From: Streptosporangiaceae bacterium
GTDB taxonomy: Bacteria; Actinomycetota; Actinomycetes; Streptosporangiales; Streptosporangiaceae
Direction: 5' to 3'
NCBI GenBank assembly: GCA_035642125.1
Contig: DASQSZ010000034.1
Span: 2,977 to 66,976 of the forward strand
Length of the DNA: 64,000 bases
The translations under genes and the position numbers were made by a program. Positions 24,879-32,740 of the stretch are shown here, in pieces. Positions within the stretch are counted from its first letter, which is position 1, and every line of letters begins with the position of its first letter. The notes under the pieces are model-generated. The model was not told where the DNA came from. It saw nothing but the letters and a program-made list of their open reading frames with translations, and did not search any database.

Positions 24879-27091
24879 TGGCACAACGCGGCGGCGACAA
24901 GCGGCGGAAGGGAAAACCGCCGCCGCTGCGCTACGCCCGCCCCGGGGACCCCACCACCCGCCTGTACGCCCTGCCCGACCCCGACGACATGCCCGCCGCC
25001 CTCCTCGAGGACGCCGAAGACATCGTCGAGCTCCAGCCCGAAGTCGTCGAGCCCGTCCCCGTCGACACCCCCAAACCGGCGGTGGCCGGATGGCTGACCG
25101 AACGTCAGGGACGGCTCGCCGACGCGCCCCGCATCACCCCGTCGTGGATGCGCAGCCGCGCCGAGCTCGCCTCCAACGCCCTGTTCATCGGCCGGTGGTA
25201 CGGGCACGTGTGGGGCTACTACGGCCTGCGCACCCCCGTCTATGCGGCCAGGCTGTGGATCCGGGCACCCAAGGGCGCGGCACGCATCACCGGCTGCTGG
25301 TACCGGTGGGTGATCGACGCCGAGGCCAGGCCCGCCGTGTCCAAAGCTGCCGCGGGTGAGACCGCGCAGTGGATCGCGGCGGCGACCACGCAGACCAACC
25401 GCACCAACAGCCGCCGCAAAGCGTCCCTGTGGGTCGGTGTGCCGGTCGTGTGGCTGGTGTGGGTCGCCGCGCACGTCCTGCCCGCCGCGGCCTGGGCCGC
25501 CATCGCGGCCGCGGTGCTGTCCGGGCTGGGCTGGGCCGGCAGGCAGACCGATCGGCCGATCGTGCACCGCTACGTCGCCGTCCGCATGCAGCGGCGCCTC
25601 GAATCCGCCGAGGTCGAGACGGCACTGGAGGCGATCGGCGTCAAGGGCCGGGTGGACTGGATCAATCCGATCGCCGTGGATGGACCCGGCTGGCTCGCCG
25701 AGCTGGACCTGCCCGGCGCGGCCCTGGCCGATGAGGTGCTGGAGAAGCGTCCGCAGCTCGCGGCGGCGATGCGCCGGCCGCTGGGCTGCGTGTGGCCGGA
25801 GAACGACAAGGCGGCTCATCCTGGCCGGCTGCGGTTGTGGGTGGCGCGTGAGGACCCGGCGAAGGCGAAGCGGCGGCTCTGGCCGCTGATGTACGAGGGG
25901 CAGGCCGATCTGTGGAAGCCGAGCCCGTTCGGGTTCGACCCGCGTGGCCGGCTCGTCGAGGTCGAGCTGATCGGCACGAACTGGCTGATCGGCGGCGTGA
26001 TGGGGTCCGGGAAGACCTCGGCGGTGCTGACACTCGCGCTGCTCGCCGCCCTAATGCCGACCGCTGAGCTGCACATCTACGAACTGAAGGGGTCCGGTGA
26101 CCTGCAAGCAGTCGAGGACGTCGCCCGCGTGTACGTCTCCGGCGACGACGACGAGGACTGCGAGGCCGCGCTCAACGGGATGCGGTGGCTGAAGAAGGAA
26201 CTCAAACGCCGCAAAGACATCGTCAAAGCGCTTCCCCTCTCGGACGTCCCGAACGGCCGGAAGGTGTCCGCCGCGCTGGCAGCGCGCCGTGAGCTGGGCC
26301 TGCACCCGATCGTCGCGATCTTCGACGAGGTACACACCCTGTTCGAGCACGACGAGTACGGGCCGCCCGCCGCGAAAGACGGTGCCGACCTGATCCGCAA
26401 GGCCCGCGCGTACGGGATCATCCTGATCCTCACCACGCAGCGGCCCGACAAGAACTCCGTCCCGAAGCCGATCAGCGACAACGCGATCCTGCGGTTCTGC
26501 CTCGCGGTCACCGGGCACCTGGCGAACAACCTGATCCTGGGCACCGGCGCGTACGCGCGTGGTGTACGGGCGACGATGTTCGACCCGCAGCACGACGCAG
26601 GCACCGGCTGGCTGGCCCGGTCCGCGTTGAACGCGCAGATCGTGCGGGCCGCATTCATCACTCAAGCCGAGGCGCACGCCATCGGGCAGCGCGCCAAGGC
26701 GCTGCGGATCGCCGCCGGGACGATGCCCGAGCAGCGAGGGCTGGAGTCCGTCGAGCCCGATGAGGACATCCGGGACCACCTGCGCGCGGTGTGGCCGGCG
26801 GGTGAGGACACGATGCATTCGCACAAGCTCGTCGAGGCGCTGGCCGCCTACCGCCCGGACGAGTACGGGCCGTGGATCGCCACGGACGTGCCCGAGTCGG
26901 AGATGGACGAGGCGGCGCTTCGGGAGCTGCGGACGTTGCGGTCGACGATGCTCGCGACGGCGGTCAAGCCGTTCGGGATCCAGACGCGGCAGATCAATAA
27001 GCGGGGCGCGGGAGGGTCCGCGAAGGGTCTTCGCTTCGTCGACATTGAGGCCGCCGAACGGGCCGACGAGCCCGAGTTGGAGGACGCCTGA
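24878..27091 (+). CDS. FtsK/SpoIIIE-family dsDNA translocase, TraB/TraSA-like
   Basis: 737 aa; two N-terminal TM helices; Walker A GGVMGSGKTS; Walker B IVAIFDEVHTLF; ILILTTQRPD; ATG overlaps the upstream stop (TGATG). Confidence 0.9.
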   Translation: MAQRGGDKRRKGKPPPLRYARPGDPTTRLYALPDPDDMPAALLEDAEDIVELQPEVVEPVPVDTPKPAVAGWLTERQGRLADAPRITPSWMRSRAELASNALFIGRWYGHVWGYYGLRTPVYAARLWIRAPKGAARITGCWYRWVIDAEARPAVSKAAAGETAQWIAAATTQTNRTNSRRKASLWVGVPVVWLVWVAAHVLPAAAWAAIAAAVLSGLGWAGRQTDRPIVHRYVAVRMQRRLESAEVETALEAIGVKGRVDWINPIAVDGPGWLAELDLPGAALADEVLEKRPQLAAAMRRPLGCVWPENDKAAHPGRLRLWVAREDPAKAKRRLWPLMYEGQADLWKPSPFGFDPRGRLVEVELIGTNWLIGGVMGSGKTSAVLTLALLAALMPTAELHIYELKGSGDLQAVEDVARVYVSGDDDEDCEAALNGMRWLKKELKRRKDIVKALPLSDVPNGRKVSAALAARRELGLHPIVAIFDEVHTLFEHDEYGPPAAKDGADLIRKARAYGIILILTTQRPDKNSVPKPISDNAILRFCLAVTGHLANNLILGTGAYARGVRATMFDPQHDAGTGWLARSALNAQIVRAAFITQAEAHAIGQRAKALRIAAGTMPEQRGLESVEPDEDIRDHLRAVWPAGEDTMHSHKLVEALAAYRPDEYGPWIATDVPESEMDEAALRELRTLRSTMLATAVKPFGIQTRQINKRGAGGSAKGLRFVDIEAAERADEPELEDA

Positions 27092-27092
27092 T

Positions 27093-27190
27093 GGTTTCGA
27101 TCAAGGCGAAACCGGTTTCGGGGGTGGTATCGGCTAAACCCGCTTCTGACCTGCGTGGTTTCTGGTTTCGAGGGTCCGCCCCGGACCTCG
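27093..27190. repeat. GGTTTCG heptamer array incl. 14-bp palindrome CGAAACCGGTTTCG; clt-like candidate
   Basis: Copies at 27093, 27114, 27157 (GGTTTCT) and 27164; palindrome 27107-27120; GGTCCG/CGGACC inverted repeat 27173-27187; low GC3 argues against coding. Confidence 0.5.
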
Positions 27191-27285
27191 GATTTCCCCT
27201 GTCTGGAGGGATTTGGATGTCTGCGCTCAACGTACTCAGCAAGTTCCCCAACCGGCTGCGCGGCGTCTACGACGAGGGCTGAGCG

Positions 27286-27468
27286 ATGTGGTCCTCGATC
27301 CGGCGCGCGGTCGACCGGGGAGTCGGGTGGCTGACCCGCACCGGCTGGTACATCCAGGTATTCGGCGACCGGCGGGCCGCCGAGGAGACCGCCTCCCTGG
27401 CAGGCGGGTGGGTCATCGCCGGCAGGCGGACGCTGTGCCCCCGCTGCGCGAGGGGGGCCGGGCTGTGA
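27286..27468 (+). CDS. small hypothetical protein (60 aa, CPRC motif)
   Basis: ORF-track entry; stop overlaps the next start (GTGA). Confidence 0.4.
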   Translation: MWSSIRRAVDRGVGWLTRTGWYIQVFGDRRAAEETASLAGGWVIAGRRTLCPRCARGAGL

Positions 27469-27614
27469 TCCTCTCGGCCCACGTCTTCGAGCCCTCGGCC
27501 GCCGTCGGCGGCCTGCTGTTCGCCGCTTTCATCGTGCTGTCCCTCATCGCGTTGCGGCGGCCGAGCCGCTGCGGTCATTGCGGCCGCTGCCGGTCCTGCG
27601 GCCGGCACCGGTAG
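27465..27614 (+). CDS. small membrane protein (49 aa) with Cys-rich tail
   Basis: VILSAHVFEPSAAVGGLLFAAFIVLSLIALRRPSRCGHCGRCRSCGRHR; GTG overlaps the upstream TGA. Confidence 0.35.
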   Translation: MILSAHVFEPSAAVGGLLFAAFIVLSLIALRRPSRCGHCGRCRSCGRHR

Positions 27615-27648
27615 CGCCCACTCCAACACCTCTGAGAAAGGAAAGGTC

Positions 27649-27873
27649 GTGAAACATGCCGACAACATCGTCATCGTCAAGCGGTACCGAACCGCGGGCG
27701 GCGGCGTCACCCTCGTCCACCGACACCCCGGATGGTGGCGGCGCTATACCTGGTGGTGCCCGTGCGGGCAGCCACGGTCACGACGGCGGATGGCCCGGCG
27801 GATGGCGCTCGCCCGCGCCTACAACCACGCCGTGGGGTGCGACACAACACCGTCCGGGGCGGTGACCCGATGA
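27649..27873 (+). CDS. small hypothetical protein (74 aa)
   Basis: GTG after GAGAAAGGAAAGG; Trp/Arg-rich with CPC. Confidence 0.45.
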   Translation: MKHADNIVIVKRYRTAGGGVTLVHRHPGWWRRYTWWCPCGQPRSRRRMARRMALARAYNHAVGCDTTPSGAVTR

Positions 27874-28493
27874 CCGCCTTCACACCCCGGCCGCCCGACG
27901 GCGCCAGCCCCGAGATGTATCGCAAGGCGTACGAACTCGTCATCGACGCCGTCGAGAAAATCCGCGGCCGCGCCACCAAGGCTGGGCTCGCCGCCGTCGA
28001 AGCCAACAAAGAAGGCAACATGGTGCACGGCGTGTTCGAGTCCGCGCGAGAAAACGCCCACCGCATCGACGCGGACCTGGTCATCGAAGCATTGGTCGAC
28101 GCGTTCGAGTTGTGGGAAGACTACGCCGCGGCGTCCGCTGAGGAGGCCCCGGCCACAGCCTTCCTCGGCCCCATGCCCGTCGCGCACACCAGGAACCATG
28201 TACACAAGGCGATCTACGTCCTCAACGCCTCGGCCGCTCGCCTCACCCACGACCAGCAGGCCCTGCTGGGGATCGATGTGCCGGTCGAGCTGGAGCAGCT
28301 GAGTCTGATGTGCTCTCATCCGGATGTGTGGGGGCCGGATGGGCTGGTTCGGGCCGGGCAGGCGGTCGTCCAGGCGATGACGCTCAAGCCCGAGGACGCA
28401 CCGGAGTCCGTGGCCTCGGTGATGGGTGATGTGCTGCGGCTGCGGGCGTACCTGCGTGCGCTGGACGCGGCCCACCTGAAGGCTCAATCGTGA
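27870..28493 (+). CDS. hypothetical protein (207 aa)
   Basis: ATG 27870 overlaps the upstream stop (ATGA); part of ORF 27732..28493. Confidence 0.55.
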   Translation: MTAFTPRPPDGASPEMYRKAYELVIDAVEKIRGRATKAGLAAVEANKEGNMVHGVFESARENAHRIDADLVIEALVDAFELWEDYAAASAEEAPATAFLGPMPVAHTRNHVHKAIYVLNASAARLTHDQQALLGIDVPVELEQLSLMCSHPDVWGPDGLVRAGQAVVQAMTLKPEDAPESVASVMGDVLRLRAYLRALDAAHLKAQS

Positions 28494-28753
28494 CCGGGCT
28501 GGTCGGGCGGAGTGACGTAGGTGCCACGCTGCGGCACCGTGTACACCCACCCCTGATCCCGCATCCACGCCACCGCCCGCCGCGCCGTGGTGCGGGCGAC
28601 GCCGAACTCTTGGACCATCTCCTGCTCGCTGGGGATGCGGCGCCGGGGCGGCAGTTCGCCGGCCAGGATCCGCTGCCGGATGATGTCGGCGATTTGCTGG
28701 TACACCGGCTGGTCGGAGTCATGATCCACGGTCACGGCGGTCACCGTAACCAC
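28484..28753 (-). CDS. GntR-family wHTH regulator, DNA-binding domain only (KorSA-like)
   Basis: PVYQQIADIIRQRILAGELPPRRRIPSEQEMVQEFGVARTTARRAVAWMRDQGWVYTVPQRGTYV. Confidence 0.85.
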   Translation of the reverse strand: MVTVTAVTVDHDSDQPVYQQIADIIRQRILAGELPPRRRIPSEQEMVQEFGVARTTARRAVAWMRDQGWVYTVPQRGTYVTPPDQPGHD

Positions 28754-28964
28754 GGAGGATCGTAGATCTACATTGGTATACGTAGGTAGACGTATATAGA
28801 CGTCTGGTCTTACCGTCGGAGGTCAGGCCGCCCGCCCGGTCAGGTGGGGTGGTCAGGTCGGGCGGGCGCGCCGGCTGGCTGGGATCGAGGCCGGCGCGTC
28901 CGCTTCCGAATACGCGGGCGTCATCGAGGACCGTCGAGAGCCCCGAGCCAGCCGAGGAGCGGTC
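28754..28964. promoter_or_regulatory. divergent control region with palindromes and GGTCAGG repeats
   Basis: GTAGATCTAC (28762-28771); TAGACGT x2 with AGACGTCT palindrome (28786-28805); GGTCAGG at 28821, 28838 and 28851; local AT-rich stretch. Confidence 0.45.
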
Positions 28965-29207
28965 GTGACGGAGCAGCCCACGAGTGAGCAGGCCACCGCG
29001 CCGCTATGTCCTCGTTGCAACTCCCCAAGGTGGGTGTCCGTGTCGCTCGACGGAGGCTGGACAAGGCGAGCGCAGTGCGTCCCGTGCGGCGCCCTACACG
29101 AGCCCGTCATCGGGCCCGGTTTCCTGTCCAGGAAGTACGGCGACCCCGAGGCCGAGCATCCCGCTTACCGCACCAAGCAGGCAAAGGTCACCGAGGACAC
29201 GCCGTGA
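28965..29207 (+). CDS. small Zn-ribbon protein (80 aa)
   Basis: CPRCNSPRW...CVPCG; GTG after AGGAGCGG. Confidence 0.45.
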   Translation: MTEQPTSEQATAPLCPRCNSPRWVSVSLDGGWTRRAQCVPCGALHEPVIGPGFLSRKYGDPEAEHPAYRTKQAKVTEDTP

Positions 29208-29533
29208 GCGACGCAATGGACGACCTGCGGTTCGCGCTTCAGATCATCAAGGACTCGGAGCGAACGATCTTCTGCTCGCCAGAGTACGAATCCCGCATCA
29301 AGACCATGGTCGGCGACCTCGGCATCGGCGACATCACCACCGTTGTTGCGGACCGGGCCATGCCCGACGACAAGTTGTTCATGGTGGACGTCAACGCCAT
29401 GGACGCGGCGAACCACGAGGCCCTCCTGCGCGAGCTGAACAAGCCGATGCGGATCGAGTGGCTCGCGCCCCAGTGGCCGCCGCTGCCGTACACGACGGAT
29501 CCCCGACACATCTTCCGCATCACCGGCTGCTGA
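29204..29533 (+). CDS. hypothetical protein (109 aa)
   Basis: GTG overlaps the upstream TGA; part of ORF 29006..29533. Confidence 0.5.
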   Translation: MSDAMDDLRFALQIIKDSERTIFCSPEYESRIKTMVGDLGIGDITTVVADRAMPDDKLFMVDVNAMDAANHEALLRELNKPMRIEWLAPQWPPLPYTTDPRHIFRITGC

Positions 29534-29573
29534 TGGCCCACGCCTAACGTTGAGGCCTAGACGCAAAAGAACC

Positions 29574-29604
29574 GGCCCGCTCTCCCCGTGGAAGAGAGCG
29601 GGCC
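29574..29604. terminator. bidirectional stem-loop terminator between convergent arms
   Basis: 11-bp stem GGCCCGCTCTC/GAGAGCGGGCC with 9-nt loop; flanked by AAAAGAA, which gives a U-tract for the minus-strand lysis operon. Confidence 0.6.
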
Positions 29605-29652
29605 CGCTCGTGTTCGGCGGACGACACCGCTCGCGCTGGGTACCAGGCCAGG

Positions 29653-30000
29653 CTACATCCGCACCGGCGGGGCCACCTTCGCGGCCGGGGTGACGTTCTG
29701 CCTCAACAGCAGCGCCAACACAATGCTCACTGCGGCCACCGTCGCGCCGATCTGATCCGCCGACAGATCCAACCCGAACGCTGCCACAGCCGCCAGCGCG
29801 GTACCCACCGCGCCGGTGATGGCCGGCACCACGACCGGGCGGGTCGTCGCGGCTGTCCAGACGGTGACGAAGGCGGTGGCCAGGGTGGTGAGGGCGCCGG
29901 TCATGTCCGCCGTGAGGGGCAGGCCGTAGGCCACGAGCAGCGCCACCGCCACGTTGACCGCGTACACCACCACGGCCGGTTCGAACTTGAGGTGATTCAT
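29653..30000 (-). CDS. holin-like membrane protein
   Basis: 115 aa with 3-4 TM helices; last gene of the lysis cassette; start MNHLKFEP after AAAGGAGG. Confidence 0.55.
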   Translation of the reverse strand: MNHLKFEPAVVVYAVNVAVALLVAYGLPLTADMTGALTTLATAFVTVWTAATTRPVVVPAITGAVGTALAAVAAFGLDLSADQIGATVAAVSIVLALLLRQNVTPAAKVAPPVRM

Positions 30001-30060
30001 CGCAGACCTCCTTTGGCATGCGACAGGGCGCCGCACACGCGAGCGCCACGAATAGGGGGG

Positions 30061-30396
30061 TTACTCGACCCGCTCGGGCCAGGACCACTGGCCGTTCTCG
30101 TCGCCCTCGACACGCGACGTCGCCCAGTAGGCGTCGTTGCCGTCCAGGGACACCTGAAGGTTCACGTACGGATCGGACGGGCTGAAGACCCGTACCACGA
30201 CAGCGGGGTAGACCTGGCCTCCCTCGGCGTGGTTGCCGACGTGCGCGACGTGCCCGGTGGCGCCGGGCTGGCCTGGCTCGTGCGGATGCGCGTGGCTGCG
30301 CTGGAACGCCTGGAAGTCGGCGCGCCGGACGTTGATCGCCTTGGCGTCCTGGTCGGTGAGCTTGTACAGGACGGTGCGCCCGATGGTAGGCATCAT
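30061..30396 (-). CDS. hypothetical protein (111 aa)
   Basis: ORF-track entry between the amidase and the holin-like gene; His-rich centre. Confidence 0.5.
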   Translation of the reverse strand: MMPTIGRTVLYKLTDQDAKAINVRRADFQAFQRSHAHPHEPGQPGATGHVAHVGNHAEGGQVYPAVVVRVFSPSDPYVNLQVSLDGNDAYWATSRVEGDENGQWSWPERVE

Positions 30397-30399
30397 GGG

Positions 30400-31194
30400 T
30401 CAGTCCTCCTTTGCCGCGAGTAGCGCCTTGACCTCGGCGAGCTCGGCCCTGACGTCGGCCGCCAACTGGTCGACCTTCTTGTCCACCACGATCAGACCCT
30501 GGATGGTTTGCTTGCGCACCGAGTCGCGGCCCCACGTGGGGTTCTTGGCCGGGTCGAACCCAGGGTTGCCGTCCGGGTCGAACCCGTCGGCCGGGTTGCT
30601 GCCCGGCGCGGGGACGGCGTCGGCCGTCATGACCTTCTCGGCCTCTTCTCGAACGATCTTCCTCAGCTGTGCCTCGGTGAATGGCATGTCGTCCTCCTGC
30701 TTGGACGGTCTCGGCGCGCCCTTGCGGACCCACACATACAGCGGGCCGCCCGGGCACGAGGTGGAATGGAAGTCACGGTGACCCTTGATGCCCCGACCGG
30801 CGCCGCGGGCCCGCATGTAATCGATGGCGTCCCGCACCGCGGCGAGCAGCGCGGGCGGGATGATGGTGTCGCCGTCGCCGACCAAGGCGCACACGGCGTA
30901 CCAGTACTGGTTGCCGGAGTTGGTGCCCTGTGCGGCCGAGCGGTGGCCGAGCCCGCGGCCCTCGAACACATAGCCGTGATGGCAGACCAGGAAGTTGTAG
31001 GCGATGGCCGCCCACCCGTTGCCGCCCACGTGCTGGGATTCGATGCTCCGCACGCGGGCCGCGCACTTGGAGTGCGGGATGGTGGCGAGCCTCCCGACGC
31101 CGACGTAGTGCACGGCGACGCCGCCGGACGGGGTGATGTTCGTTGGGCCCTTGCCGTACCGGGCGCCCCACGCGGCGTGGGTGATCAGCTTCAC
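30400..31194 (-). CDS. N-acetylmuramoyl-L-alanine amidase (PGRP/Amidase_2) endolysin
   Basis: GVAVHYVG, AIAYNFLVCHHGYVFEGRG and HRDFHSTSCPG motifs; C-terminal ~90 aa are low-complexity plus coiled coil rather than a known wall-binding domain; GTG start. Confidence 0.9.
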   Translation of the reverse strand: MKLITHAAWGARYGKGPTNITPSGGVAVHYVGVGRLATIPHSKCAARVRSIESQHVGGNGWAAIAYNFLVCHHGYVFEGRGLGHRSAAQGTNSGNQYWYAVCALVGDGDTIIPPALLAAVRDAIDYMRARGAGRGIKGHRDFHSTSCPGGPLYVWVRKGAPRPSKQEDDMPFTEAQLRKIVREEAEKVMTADAVPAPGSNPADGFDPDGNPGFDPAKNPTWGRDSVRKQTIQGLIVVDKKVDQLAADVRAELAEVKALLAAKED

Positions 31195-31331
31195 GGGGCG
31201 TCCTCCGCGGTGTCGTCTGCGGCGTCTTCGATGACGTCCGGCGTGTCTTCCTCGTCGGATTCGTCGGCTGCCAGCACAGCGTCGGTGTCGTCGGCGCAGC
31301 CGGCGTCGTCTGGCTCGATCGGTTCGCTCAT
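31191..31331 (-). CDS. highly acidic micro-ORF (46 aa)
   Basis: MSEPIEPDDAGCADDTDAVLAADESDEEDTPDVIEDAADDTAEDAP; RBS CAGGAGGG; overlaps both neighbours (TGATG upstream, GTGA downstream). Confidence 0.4.
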   Translation of the reverse strand: MSEPIEPDDAGCADDTDAVLAADESDEEDTPDVIEDAADDTAEDAP

Positions 31332-31858
31332 CAGCCCTCCTGATCTCCGGCGCCGCCGATCACGGCGGCGTCACATGGCAGCACGCCCACCGGCAGGTTG
31401 AGCGTGATGATCCGGCCGCTGGGGCAGTCCCGGCCCGGCCCGCCGCCGCCGGGCGGCACCTCACCACCCGGCGGCGCCCCACCAGGCGGGCGCACCGGGC
31501 CAGGCGGGGAACCCCGGCCGGCAGAACCGTCACCGGCGGGGGGATCCCCGGGCGCCGCGCCGGTCGGCGGGTCCACGCTGATGGCAACCACCGACGGCGA
31601 CGTCGAGGGCGAGGCAGACGGAGATGGGGACTGCGCCCGCGGCGGCACCGGCGGCACCGGCGGTGCAGGGGTGGTCGTCACCACGGACGGCGGGCGGGCC
31701 CGCAGAGCGGCCGCCTCGGAGCGGAACCGGTCCCGCTCCGCCCGCACATCCACTACCTCCGCCCGCACATCCACCACATAGCCGGCCAACACCGACGCGC
31801 CCACCACCGCCGCGGCAACACCGGCGCCGAGCACGCTGAGCCTCGTCACCTCACCCAT
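31331..31858 (-). CDS. membrane-anchored Pro-rich protein
   Basis: N-terminal TM helix, then a tandem VVDVRAE repeat and a long Pro/Gly-rich region. Confidence 0.5.
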   Translation of the reverse strand: MGEVTRLSVLGAGVAAAVVGASVLAGYVVDVRAEVVDVRAERDRFRSEAAALRARPPSVVTTTPAPPVPPVPPRAQSPSPSASPSTSPSVVAISVDPPTGAAPGDPPAGDGSAGRGSPPGPVRPPGGAPPGGEVPPGGGGPGRDCPSGRIITLNLPVGVLPCDAAVIGGAGDQEG

Positions 31859-31861
31859 CGC

Positions 31862-32179
31862 TCACCCCTGGATCTTGTCGAGCACCACCGTGGCGATCGC
31901 GGCGACGATCGCGACGACGGCGGATAGGGACGCCGTGCGGCTGGCGCGCCGGGTGTCGGCCCGCTCGTCTTCCAGCGCCTTGATCCGCTGGTCCTGGGCG
32001 TCCTCTTTGACCTGGTGCACCTCGCGGGGCAGGTACCGATCGAGCTGGCTGTTGATCTGCGCCATGAACTGGGCCTGCTGTGTTTTGAGGTCGAGGATGT
32101 CCTCACGGGTGTCGGCGTGGTTGCGCTCGATGAGGTGTTTGATCGCGCGTAGTTCCCAGTTCGCAACGTCATCGGCCAC
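31862..32179 (-). CDS. coiled-coil protein with C-terminal TM anchor
   Basis: GTG after AAGGAGG; C-terminal SLSAVVAIVAAIATVVL. Confidence 0.55.
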   Translation of the reverse strand: MADDVANWELRAIKHLIERNHADTREDILDLKTQQAQFMAQINSQLDRYLPREVHQVKEDAQDQRIKALEDERADTRRASRTASLSAVVAIVAAIATVVLDKIQG

Positions 32180-32214
32180 CAGGCCTCCTTTCGCTCATCG
32201 CGGCCGCCTCATGG

Positions 32215-32715
32215 TCATGTCTCGAACCGGCCGACGAGCTGGGCCTGCCCGATGTAAAGGTCCGGGCCGTCCTGCGTCCAATGCGTCACCTGAACGCGGA
32301 GCCGGTGCCCGGAGTTGATGTTGGAGAAGATCGGGTAGCGCTGGTGCGTGCTCTTGGGGTACAGGTATTCGCCGGTGTCGGGGTCGGTCGGCGGCGGGGT
32401 CGACGCCAGATAGAACTCGTGCGGCTTGTGGGTCTCGACGATGTTGCCGCCGCCGTCGACCTCGACGGTGCGGATGTGCACCTCCCCGGACATGGCGCCG
32501 CCGAGCAGCTGGTAATCCAACATCCCCGTGAAGAACCTGGCCTGTCCGTTGCCGATGGAGGCGTCGTCCGGGCCGTCGGCGTCATGCATCCCAGCCGAAT
32601 CGGAGATGTCACGGTCGAAACGGAACGTCGTGTAGGCGGTGACCAGCGGGAGCCGCACCGACCGGTCCACCAATAGGTCCGACCCGAGCCAGTCGGTGTT
32701 CAGATACTCAGCCAT
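32215..32715 (-). CDS. hypothetical tail-region protein (166 aa)
   Basis: Start MAEYLNTDW after GAAGGAGA; longer ORF-track start rejected. Confidence 0.55.
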   Translation of the reverse strand: MAEYLNTDWLGSDLLVDRSVRLPLVTAYTTFRFDRDISDSAGMHDADGPDDASIGNGQARFFTGMLDYQLLGGAMSGEVHIRTVEVDGGGNIVETHKPHEFYLASTPPPTDPDTGEYLYPKSTHQRYPIFSNINSGHRLRVQVTHWTQDGPDLYIGQAQLVGRFET

Positions 32716-32740
32716 TGGACATCTCCTTCGATGTAGACGG

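Larger units (their letters stand above)
23836..29533 (+). mobile_element. conjugative-transfer-like module (TraB/Spd/Kor-type) embedded in the prophage arm
   Basis: DUF2637-like protein, FtsK/SpoIIIE ATPase, tiny TM/Cys-rich ORFs, GntR (Kor-like) regulator and a repeat array after the ATPase gene; no int, xis or rep inside the block. Confidence 0.5.

Noticed and set aside
27091-27282. 63-aa ORF directly after the FtsK-like gene as a protein-coding gene
   Set aside because: Its first ~40 codons have many A/T third positions and coincide with the GGTTTCG repeat array. Only the last 21 codons (27217-27282, with a GGAGGG RBS) might be translated, and that is too uncertain to list.
29534-29652. 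Second att site, which would mean a tandem AICE-prophage boundary between the transfer-like block and the lysis genes
   Set aside because: No tRNA-like sequence or copy of the 20424-20480 core is present. The spacer holds only an 11-bp-stem bidirectional terminator.
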